Shown one piece after another: positions 19,396 to 27,247 of a stretch of 64,000 bases of DNA (the stretch's first letter is position 1; the number at the start of each line of letters is the position of its first letter). The DNA lies in contig CBDFIQ010000001.1 of assembly GCA_965248195.1 (NCBI GenBank), positions 608,001 through 672,000 on the forward strand. The letters run 5' to 3'. The position numbers and the translations under genes were made by a program. The notes beneath the pieces are model-generated. The model saw only the letters and a list, made by a program, of their open reading frames with translations. It ran no database searches and was not told the origin of the DNA. The stretch is from Longimicrobiales bacterium (GTDB taxonomy: Bacteria > Gemmatimonadota > Gemmatimonadetes > Longimicrobiales > Gaopeijiaceae).

Positions 19396-20211
19396 ATGAT
19401 CGACCCAACCTTTGTACGTCGCGTCTCCGCTTGCCTTCTGATCTCCGGACTGGCTATGGGCTGCAACGACGACCCCTCTGGCCCCGAGTCTATCCCCGAC
19501 ATCGGTACGAGCTTGGCGGCGGTGGCCTTCGGTGAGCTCGATCTGAGCTTCGGAGTGAGCGTGGCACAGACGGTGACGGTTTCCAACACCGGTGGTGGCG
19601 ACCTCGAGATCCAGTCCGTGTCGCTGAGTGGTGCAGACGCTGGCGAGTTCGGATTGGAGAGCGGCGGTGGCGCCGCGGTTTTGGTCGCCAATGCTAGCCA
19701 AGACATTGTCGTCTTCTTCGATCCGGCTTCGGTGGGTGCAAAGAATGCGACGCTTCGCATCATGAGTGACGACCCGGACGAGCCCACGCTGGACGTCGAT
19801 CTCAGCGGCACCGGCTCGGTCTTCCAGTACCGACAGGTGGACCGGATGGGCATTCCGGCCCTGAACACGGTCTTCAACCACCCACCTGTGTTCAGCAAGA
19901 CCGACTATAACACGGCCGGTCCCGACGGAGACCTGGCCACGTACACCGGGCTCTTCGAGACGGTGCTCGGAGCGGTAGCGAACGCCGATCCGACTGCGAC
20001 GGCGGCCCTGCTCCTTCCCGATGAGCTGCCGGTCAGCCTGGGAGAGACAGTTTCGAACTTCGCGGCGCTCACCGGAAGGAAACCTGCTGACGACGCCACG
20101 GATGTGGCCTTACAGGTAGTCGTGGGCATCGTGTCTCTGCAGAGCGACAACGTGGACGACAACGATGTGCCGTTCCTCACTTCGTTCCCCTATCTGGCGC
20201 CGAGCAACTGA
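19396..20211 (+). CDS. Lipoprotein with Ig-like (ASH/choice-of-anchor D) domain + DUF4331 C-terminal half
   Basis: Lipobox AMGC; TVTVSNTGGGDL..SDDPDEP..LSGTG; QVDRMGIPALNT, GRKPADD, SFPYLAP. Confidence 0.8.
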   Translation: MIDPTFVRRVSACLLISGLAMGCNDDPSGPESIPDIGTSLAAVAFGELDLSFGVSVAQTVTVSNTGGGDLEIQSVSLSGADAGEFGLESGGGAAVLVANASQDIVVFFDPASVGAKNATLRIMSDDPDEPTLDVDLSGTGSVFQYRQVDRMGIPALNTVFNHPPVFSKTDYNTAGPDGDLATYTGLFETVLGAVANADPTATAALLLPDELPVSLGETVSNFAALTGRKPADDATDVALQVVVGIVSLQSDNVDDNDVPFLTSFPYLAPSN

Positions 20212-20212
20212 C

Positions 20213-21577
20213 ATGCATAACGACCGACACGGGGGTCACGCGTGGCTGATGGGCGCCACACTCGTGATCGGGACGACGCTGTGGCTGTCCTCAAGGCCAG
20301 AAGAACCGGCGGCCGCGTCCGATCGCTTGGTGACCCCCGAGGTCCTGGCGCAAGCCCTCTCGAGTGAGGTGCCGGATCAGCTGACGCTGAGTGACGATCT
20401 CGACTTTTTTAGCCGGAGGCTGGAAGAGCGGGGACCAGAGGACGTCCTGGCCCTTCGGCGCCTGGCGTCCACAAGCCTCCTCCGGTTCCAGACCTACGGG
20501 AGGGAAGCGGATCTGGCACGTGCGGAGAAGCACCTGGCGACCCTCACGGATCGGTACCCGACGTCGTCGAGCGTATGGGCGACCGTGGCCTCGGCAAGAC
20601 TTTCCCGGCATGACTTCTCCGGTGCGGTCCGAGCGGCTGAACGATCGGTTCGGATGGGTGGCCCCGACGACGAAGACGGCCGGCTTCGCCTCTTCGACGC
20701 TTACCTCGCCACCGGACTGTACGAGGCGGCGAGCGACCTGCTCAGTCTTCCGTTCGATCGTGACTCCTTCGCCTACCGGACGCGCGCCGTCCGGATGAAG
20801 GATCGACTCGGCGACGTGGCGGGCGCTCGAGACGGTATGGAAGCGGCTTTGGCCGTGGCGCGATCGTATGCCCAACCGCCTGCGATCGTGGCGTGGTGCC
20901 TCGTCGAACTCGGGCACCTCGAACATCACAGCGGCCGACCGTACGGCGCGGTCTCAAATTATCGGGAGGCGCTGGAGCTCGTGCCGGGCAGCCCAGCCGC
21001 GATCGAGGGCCTCGCCCAGGTGGCGCTGGGCTGGGACCGAGACTTGCGGGCCGCAGAGGCGCTCTTCCTCAAGGCCCTGGGGAACGGCGCACACCTGGAC
21101 GTCTACGTGCGCCTGATCGAGGTGGCGGAGGGCGCCGGCTGGGGCGACCGAGCTTTGCGTTACCGACAGCGGTTCCTCGCCGCGGCACGGGTGGATGAGT
21201 CGACGGAGAGGCTGCATCTACGCTCCTTGGCCCTAGTCCTCGGTCGCCAAGATGAAACCCTGCCCGAGGCCTTGCGATACGCGAGGCGGGATTTGGCGAT
21301 TCGCCACACCTCCGAGACATACGCGGTCCTCGGCTGGGTCCTCAGCCGTTTGGGCCGGAAGCGGGGGGCGTGGATGTGGATCGAAGCCGCGCAAACCGGA
21401 GCCCAGCCAGAGCCCGAAGTGGACTACCTCTCAGGGCTCGTCGCGTTTGATACGGGGCACCCCCAACAGGGGAGGAAGTTCTGGTCGAGAGCCCTGAGCG
21501 CGGAAGCGGAGATCGGCCCCATCAAGTCGGAGACGATCAGGGCTCGTCTCGGGGTGCGCGGCCTCTTCGGCTCCTGA
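20213..21577 (+). CDS. Tetratricopeptide-repeat protein, N-terminally anchored
   Basis: Ala/Leu-rich helical repeats, LSRHDFSGA, AWCLVELG; follows the DUF4331 genes. Confidence 0.75.
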   Translation: MHNDRHGGHAWLMGATLVIGTTLWLSSRPEEPAAASDRLVTPEVLAQALSSEVPDQLTLSDDLDFFSRRLEERGPEDVLALRRLASTSLLRFQTYGREADLARAEKHLATLTDRYPTSSSVWATVASARLSRHDFSGAVRAAERSVRMGGPDDEDGRLRLFDAYLATGLYEAASDLLSLPFDRDSFAYRTRAVRMKDRLGDVAGARDGMEAALAVARSYAQPPAIVAWCLVELGHLEHHSGRPYGAVSNYREALELVPGSPAAIEGLAQVALGWDRDLRAAEALFLKALGNGAHLDVYVRLIEVAEGAGWGDRALRYRQRFLAAARVDESTERLHLRSLALVLGRQDETLPEALRYARRDLAIRHTSETYAVLGWVLSRLGRKRGAWMWIEAAQTGAQPEPEVDYLSGLVAFDTGHPQQGRKFWSRALSAEAEIGPIKSETIRARLGVRGLFGS

Positions 21578-21671
21578 GGCCCTTGCCTTCATCTCCTCAT
21601 TTTTTAAGGTTCAGATCGCTTGTAGATGTTGGATGATGAGCCTCGTGGATGATGGGCAAGGAGGTACTGCA

Positions 21672-23060
21672 ATGAAGACTGGCGCCGCCGTAGCGCTGGC
21701 CGCCGTTATCCTGAGCGGCTCGATGCTGGCCGCCTCGCGCGGACGCGAGGCACCCGACTTCTCCTCACTCCCTACGGCGGTGCAGAGCGCTCCCGCGGCG
21801 GTCGCATTCACCAACGTCAACGTCGTTCCCATGGACTCCGAGCGAGTTCTGAGGGACCAGACCGTGCTCGTGCAGCAAGGCAGGATCCGTCGGGTGGGAT
21901 CCGCCGATGTGGTCCGGGTCCCCGCTGGCGTGACAACGGTGGACGGCTCGGGCAAATACCTGATGCCCGGTCTAGCAGAGATGCACGGCCACATGCCCGG
22001 CGGAGACGTGGAGGAGATGGTGATGTTCCTCTACGTGGCCAATGGTGTGACCACCGTCCGGGGCATGCTCGGTCAGGATGGCCACATGGAGCTGCGTCGC
22101 AAGGCAAACGCAGGTGAGATCGTGGCGCCGACTCTCTACATGGCCGGACCCAGCTTCAACGGCAACTCGGTCTCCTCTCCGGAGCAGGCCGCCCGGAAGG
22201 TTCGCATACAAAAGGAGCAAGGTTGGGATCTCTTAAAGATCCACCCGGGGCTGACGGTACCCGAGTACGATGCCATGGCCATGACCGCCCACGAGGTGGG
22301 CATCCGCTTTGGCGGTCACGTACCCGCCGAGGTCGGACTCGACCACGCCATCGAAATGGGGCAGGAGACCTTCGACCACCTGGACGGTTTCATCGAGGTC
22401 CTCAACGCGTTTGACGAGCCCATCGATCGGGGCAGCCTCGACGAGCTGGTCGCCACCGTCAGGGATGCCGGCTCTTGGGTCGTGCCCACCATGGTGCTCT
22501 GGGACGTGGGCATCATCGGCCGCGGAGACGGCCAGGCTTTGGCGAGCCGTCCAGAGATGCGTTATTGGCCCAAACGGAGCATCCCGGGCGTGGTCGAGGG
22601 GGTCGAGGGTTGGACCCGCCGACATGCAGCTAGCGCGCGGAATGCGCAAGCGGATCCCGCCGAAGCCGACCTTTGGGCCACCAACAGGCTGGAGGTGCTC
22701 AAGGCCCTGTCGGATGGGGGCGTGGGAATTCTCATGGGGACGGACTCACCACAGATCTTTTCGGTGCCGGGATTCTCGCTGCACCGGGAAATGCAGGCGA
22801 TGGCCGAGGCCGGCATGTCGCCCTACGAGATCCTGGTTTCCGGCACACGGGCAGTCGGCGAGTACTTCCGGCGAAGCGACACCTTCGGCACCGTGGCCGT
22901 CGGGCGGCGCGCCGACCTCATCCTCCTGAACTCCAATCCACTGGACGACATTGGTAACGTGGCCGACCGTGCCGGGGTGATGGTGAGGGGCCGCTGGTTC
23001 TCCGGGGCCTACATCCAGCAGCGACTCGACGAGATCGCCCGAAGATACGCTACGGGCTGA
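21672..23060 (+). CDS. Exported amidohydrolase-family protein
   Basis: PGLAEMHGH, NGVTTVR, GTDSP, G.RADLILL..NPL. Confidence 0.9.
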   Translation: MKTGAAVALAAVILSGSMLAASRGREAPDFSSLPTAVQSAPAAVAFTNVNVVPMDSERVLRDQTVLVQQGRIRRVGSADVVRVPAGVTTVDGSGKYLMPGLAEMHGHMPGGDVEEMVMFLYVANGVTTVRGMLGQDGHMELRRKANAGEIVAPTLYMAGPSFNGNSVSSPEQAARKVRIQKEQGWDLLKIHPGLTVPEYDAMAMTAHEVGIRFGGHVPAEVGLDHAIEMGQETFDHLDGFIEVLNAFDEPIDRGSLDELVATVRDAGSWVVPTMVLWDVGIIGRGDGQALASRPEMRYWPKRSIPGVVEGVEGWTRRHAASARNAQADPAEADLWATNRLEVLKALSDGGVGILMGTDSPQIFSVPGFSLHREMQAMAEAGMSPYEILVSGTRAVGEYFRRSDTFGTVAVGRRADLILLNSNPLDDIGNVADRAGVMVRGRWFSGAYIQQRLDEIARRYATG

Positions 23061-23108
23061 GGGTCACACCCGAGCGACAGGGACCGGCAGGGAGGGATCG
23101 GGCGAGGC

Positions 23109-23588
23109 TCAGGGAACGGCTAGATCCGCAATTCCCGCTTCGAGCTCTACGATTTGTCCCGGACGCAAGTACGCGGTGATGCGGTATTCCCCGTCCGGTA
23201 GGCTGTCCCCCAGAATGGTCGCAGCGCTCACGAGGCCCACTCGGAACTCTTGGCTCTCACCGGGGGCGAGGTCGACTTCTACGAGCGCCAAGGTACAAGC
23301 CACGGTGTTTCCCATGTCCCATACCGGCTCCGTACCTCCATCGTAGGCCCGCATCAACACCACACACCCGTCCGGGAACGTCACCGACTTCTGCGTCGTG
23401 GACTCGTTCGCGAGCTCCACGGTGATCCCGAGCTGAACGGGGAAGGATTCGGCGATGTCGAAGCCCGTCACCCTGTACGTGATCCCATCGACCAGCTGAT
23501 CGGGAAGACCGAGTCCCGTAGCCGTCGTTTGACACGCCGCGACGTTCACGGAGGCCAGTAGCGTAAACACCCTGAACCAACTCGACAC
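23109..23588 (-). CDS. Hypothetical lipoprotein with BsuPI-like Ig-fold domain (start uncertain)
   Basis: VAAC lipobox; VTFPDGC..VWD..CT..DLAPGES..LPDGEY. Confidence 0.5.
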   Translation of the reverse strand: MSSWFRVFTLLASVNVAACQTTATGLGLPDQLVDGITYRVTGFDIAESFPVQLGITVELANESTTQKSVTFPDGCVVLMRAYDGGTEPVWDMGNTVACTLALVEVDLAPGESQEFRVGLVSAATILGDSLPDGEYRITAYLRPGQIVELEAGIADLAVP

Positions 23589-23676
23589 TCCCTGTCTGGA
23601 CGCGCACCATCGCCGGGGCACCCACGCCGCCAGGCGTGGGTCGCACGACCCGCCGTACTCTTTCAACAGCCTTCTG
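23585..23676 (-). repeat. Partial, diverged third copy (5' end) of the structured repeat
   Basis: Revcomp AGAAGGCTGTTGAAAGAGTACGGCGGGTCG...GTGCGCGTCCAGACAGGGA versus copy 1 AGAAGGCTATTGAAGGAGTACAGCGGGTCG...GTGCGCGTTCAGACAAGGA. Confidence 0.7.
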
Positions 23677-23985
23677 CGGCCCATCTGCCTATCTCCCAAC
23701 GCACCCTTGATTGAAAAGTCGGAACCCCGCTGCCCCTCGTGGGCTCGGGCACCACTCGCGGGTCCACGGGGGTCGCCGGCGACCCGCCGTAGATAAGAAC
23801 ACCTGGGAGGTGGAATTTGTGACAGCCGGGGCCGATCAGGGGTTTCTCGCCGGCCTGTTCGTCCATCCTGCGAGACGTCCGCCGGAGGCGCAAATGGGCT
23901 TGTACGCCTCCGGCGAAAGTGTCGGTCCTGGTCGGTGATGACCGGTGCCATGCTGCGGTCTCGAAGCAGCGGTTGAACGCCGCCA

Positions 23986-24075
23986 CGAGAGGATCCGGTG
24001 CGCCCCGGGCTGCCCTACCTGGGCACCGAAAACGCCGTGTACGTCTCCTTCGACGACGGGGAGATGTGGCAGCCG
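23986..24075 (+). pseudogene. Isolated fragment of a VPS10/BNR (Asp-box) beta-propeller protein
   Basis: REDPVRPGLPYLGTENAVYVSFDDGEMWQP contains an SxDxGxxW Asp-box; no supporting coding context on either side. Confidence 0.6.
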
Positions 24076-24102
24076 GGAGCACCAGCCGGAGGTGTGCTGC
24101 GA

Positions 24103-25452
24103 CTAGGCGAGCGACCCAATGGCGTCCACCACCTTCTCCACGTCCGCCAGGGTATTGTAGACGTGCGGGCAGAGCCGGATTCCCGCGAAGTCCCCACTCC
24201 TGGGCGCACCCGCGATGCTGTGGTCGGTGTAAAGGTTGTTCAACGCTTCCCGGGGGTTCAGGCCCGGCGGCAGGAACACCACGACTCCAGCGCTGAGCGC
24301 CGGATCCCGGGGCGTGTGGAAGCGAGTTCCCGGAAGCCGGTCGGCTACCCCGTCCTTGAGGGCGGCCGCCAGCGTTCTCACGCGTGCCTCGACTCTCTGC
24401 GTGCCCATCATCTCGTGGAACTCGACGGCGGTGCCCACCGCGGATACGGCTGCATCGTCCCGCTGCCCCAGGTCTTCGAACTTGCGGGCCCCACCCTGGA
24501 GGGCGTTGGCCCACCCGACACCGACATGCGTAGCCCACAGGTCCGCCTGTACCTCACCGCGAACGTACAGCACACCCGCCTCCTTCGGCCCCACGAACCA
24601 CTTGTGGGCGCTCCCCGTATAGAAGTCACATCCGATATCGTGGAGATCGACTTCGAGGCATCCGTAACTCTGGGCGCCGTCGATCATGGCCAGGGCGCCC
24701 CGCGAGTGGGCAACCTCCACGATGTCTCGAGCCGGAAGCATGACGCCCGAGATGTTGGAGGCGTGGCTGAAAGAGACCAGCCGGGTCCTGGAAGTGATGG
24801 CCGCCAGGAACGGATCCAAGAGCTCCTGCGCAGTGGTAGGCTGCGGCGGCGTGCTCACCCGCTTCACGCTATAGCCGTAGCGCGCGGACCGGACGTCCCA
24901 TGCCGTGCTGTTGGTCGGATGGTTCTGATCCCAGAGCAGCACTTCGTCTCCGGACCCGAGATCGAGCCCGTTCACAACCGTGGCGTTGGCTGCGCTGGTG
25001 TTGCGGACGATGGCGATTTCGTCTGCGTCGGCCCCCAGGTAGCGGGCAAGGGCGGCGCGTGCGTCTTCTCGAAGTTGACCGAACTTCCTGCGGTTGTTGG
25101 ACGACGCGTCTCGATCGACATCTCTGGTGAGCTCGAAGACCCGCTGCTGCACCGAGATGGGAGAGGGACAAAGGTTGGCCGCGTTCATGAGGATCAGCCC
25201 CTCACGGAGGGGGAACGCGCCCTTGACCAACCGCCAGAAGTCCTCTTCAGCCTGCTCCGCTGGGCCCAGTCGCATGGCAGCTCTGCTGAAACGATCCATG
25301 CGATGGCGGGCTTCCGAGGAAAAGAGGTCGGCGGAAAGAGAGCCGGCTAGATCGGCGGGCTCCTCCGCCCGCAGAAGTGAGGGGACCGAAGCCGAGGCGA
25401 CCACGCCCCCTGCCACGTGACCGAGGAACCTCCGTCGACTCTGACTGCTCAT
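24103..25452 (-). CDS. Class V PLP-dependent aminotransferase (CefD/cysteine desulfurase-like) with Tat signal
   Basis: SRRRFL, NHPTN, DGAQS, GSAHKW, IRLCPHVYNT. Confidence 0.88.
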   Translation of the reverse strand: MSSQSRRRFLGHVAGGVVASASVPSLLRAEEPADLAGSLSADLFSSEARHRMDRFSRAAMRLGPAEQAEEDFWRLVKGAFPLREGLILMNAANLCPSPISVQQRVFELTRDVDRDASSNNRRKFGQLREDARAALARYLGADADEIAIVRNTSAANATVVNGLDLGSGDEVLLWDQNHPTNSTAWDVRSARYGYSVKRVSTPPQPTTAQELLDPFLAAITSRTRLVSFSHASNISGVMLPARDIVEVAHSRGALAMIDGAQSYGCLEVDLHDIGCDFYTGSAHKWFVGPKEAGVLYVRGEVQADLWATHVGVGWANALQGGARKFEDLGQRDDAAVSAVGTAVEFHEMMGTQRVEARVRTLAAALKDGVADRLPGTRFHTPRDPALSAGVVVFLPPGLNPREALNNLYTDHSIAGAPRSGDFAGIRLCPHVYNTLADVEKVVDAIGSLA

Positions 25453-25544
25453 GGTACTCCTCCGCACCGGGCGTCTGTGTCCATTCCGTCGAGAGCAGTC
25501 AGGATCCCACATGGTCCACCCGTTCGCAAGCCCGCCGAAGACGG

Positions 25545-25590
25545 TAAACCCTCGTCCACCTCCGCCTCGGTGATCAAGAGCGTCGGGCTG
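25545..25590 (-). pseudogene. Possible C-terminal remnant of a class III aminotransferase
   Basis: SPTLLITEAEVDEGL resembles the PPLIIT.EEIDEGL C-terminal motif; only about 15 codons. Confidence 0.4.
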
Positions 25591-25608
25591 CACGACGGGC
25601 TGCAACCG

Positions 25609-27234
25609 CTACTTCGGCCCCGCAGCCCCCACCCCGTCCTCGACCTGCGCCTCGAACCGGCCGAAGTTCTCCTTGAACATCGGTGCCAGCTTCTCGGCCG
25701 CCGCGTCGTAGTCCGCGCCGTTTCCCCAGGTGTCACGCGGGTTCAGGATCTCGGGAGGCACATCTGGGACCTCGGCCGGAACGTGCAGCCCGAAGAACGG
25801 ATCGGCCGTGGCCGCGACATCATCCAGACCACCGGCCAGGGCCGCCCTCACCATCGCTCTCGTATAAGAGAGCTTCATGCGGCTGCCTACGCCGTACCCG
25901 CCACCGCTCCATCCGGTGTTCACCAACCAGACATTCGACCCGTGCTCTCGCAGCCGCTCGCCCAGCATCTTCGCGTATACCCCAGGATGACGGGGTAGAA
26001 AGGGCGCGCCGAAACAGGCGCTGAACGTCGCCTCGGGCTCCGTAACGCCACGTTCCGTTCCGGCCACCTTCGCCGTGTACCCGGACAGAAAGTGGTACAT
26101 GGCCTGCTCGGGGGTCAGCTTGGAGATCGGAGGCAGCACGCCGAAGGCGTCCGCGGTCAGGAAAACGACGTTCTTCGGATGGTCACCCCGGCTCGGAATG
26201 ACCGCGTTCGGGATGTAGTGAAGGGGGTACGAAGCCCTCGTGTTCTGGGTGATGGTCGCGTCTTCGAAGTCGATCTCTGCGGTCCCTTCCCGTAAAACCA
26301 CGTTTTCCAGGATCGTTCCGAACATCTGCGTCGCACGATAGATCTCCGGCTCGCTCTCGAGGGAGAGCCGGATGGTCTTCGCGTAACACCCTCCCTCGAA
26401 GTTGAACACCCCGCCATCACCCCATCCGTGCTCGTCGTCTCCGATCAGGCTACGCTCCGGGTCGGCCGACAGCGTGGTCTTGCCCGTGCCGGAGAGGCCG
26501 AAAAAGAGCGCGGTGTCCCCGTCCGGGCCGATGTTGGCGGAGCAGTGCATCGGTAGAACACCCTGATCGGGAAGCATGTAATTCATTACCGTGAAGATCG
26601 ACTTCTTGACCTCTCCGGTGTAGTTGGACCCACCGATCAGGACCTGGCGCTCCTTGAAGTTGATCACGATGAAGGTACCCGAGGCCGTCCCGTGTTTTCT
26701 CGGATCGGCTTGGAACCCCGGCGCGTGCAGCACCGTGAATTCGGGCTGGAAAGCGGCTAACTCATCGGGTGTGGGCCGGAGGAACATGTTGTAGGCGAAC
26801 AGGTTGTGCCACGCTTTGTGATTCACGACCCGGACGTTCAGCACGTGATTGGGATCGGCGCCGGCCCGGGCGTCTCGAACGAACAGTTCCTGCCCATCCA
26901 AGAACGCGATGACCTCCTCACGGAGCGCGTAGAAGTGCTCCTCGCTCAGGGGCACGCCAACGGAATCCCAATCCACGGTGTCTCCGGTCAGCGTTTCCCT
27001 CACGAAGAATCTGTCGCCCGGGGAGCGCCCGGTGTGAGGACTGGTGATGGCAGCGAAGGCACCCATGTGGGCGAGCCGACCTTCGCCCCGCTCCAACGCT
27101 CTCTCATAAAGTTGAACGGGCGAGAGATTCCAGTGCACGGCTTTCCGGGGCTCGAGCCCGTGCATATCCAATCCGGCAACGGTCCCGGCGCCTGACCCGG
27201 TCACTTCCACTCTACCCTCCGTTTTCGTAGCCAT
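25609..27234 (-). CDS. pckA: Phosphoenolpyruvate carboxykinase (ATP)
   Basis: TGRSP, MHCSAN, FFGLSGTGKTTLS, LIGDDEHGW, NFEGGCYAK. Confidence 0.97.
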   Translation of the reverse strand: MATKTEGRVEVTGSGAGTVAGLDMHGLEPRKAVHWNLSPVQLYERALERGEGRLAHMGAFAAITSPHTGRSPGDRFFVRETLTGDTVDWDSVGVPLSEEHFYALREEVIAFLDGQELFVRDARAGADPNHVLNVRVVNHKAWHNLFAYNMFLRPTPDELAAFQPEFTVLHAPGFQADPRKHGTASGTFIVINFKERQVLIGGSNYTGEVKKSIFTVMNYMLPDQGVLPMHCSANIGPDGDTALFFGLSGTGKTTLSADPERSLIGDDEHGWGDGGVFNFEGGCYAKTIRLSLESEPEIYRATQMFGTILENVVLREGTAEIDFEDATITQNTRASYPLHYIPNAVIPSRGDHPKNVVFLTADAFGVLPPISKLTPEQAMYHFLSGYTAKVAGTERGVTEPEATFSACFGAPFLPRHPGVYAKMLGERLREHGSNVWLVNTGWSGGGYGVGSRMKLSYTRAMVRAALAGGLDDVAATADPFFGLHVPAEVPDVPPEILNPRDTWGNGADYDAAAEKLAPMFKENFGRFEAQVEDGVGAAGPK

Positions 27235-27247
27235 ATGTCCCCAGATA

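Noticed and set aside
4734..25452. IPNS-like oxygenase + CefD-like enzyme + MBL hydrolases as a beta-lactam cluster
   Set aside because: No ACV synthetase/NRPS; the genes are scattered over 20 kb; all are broad families
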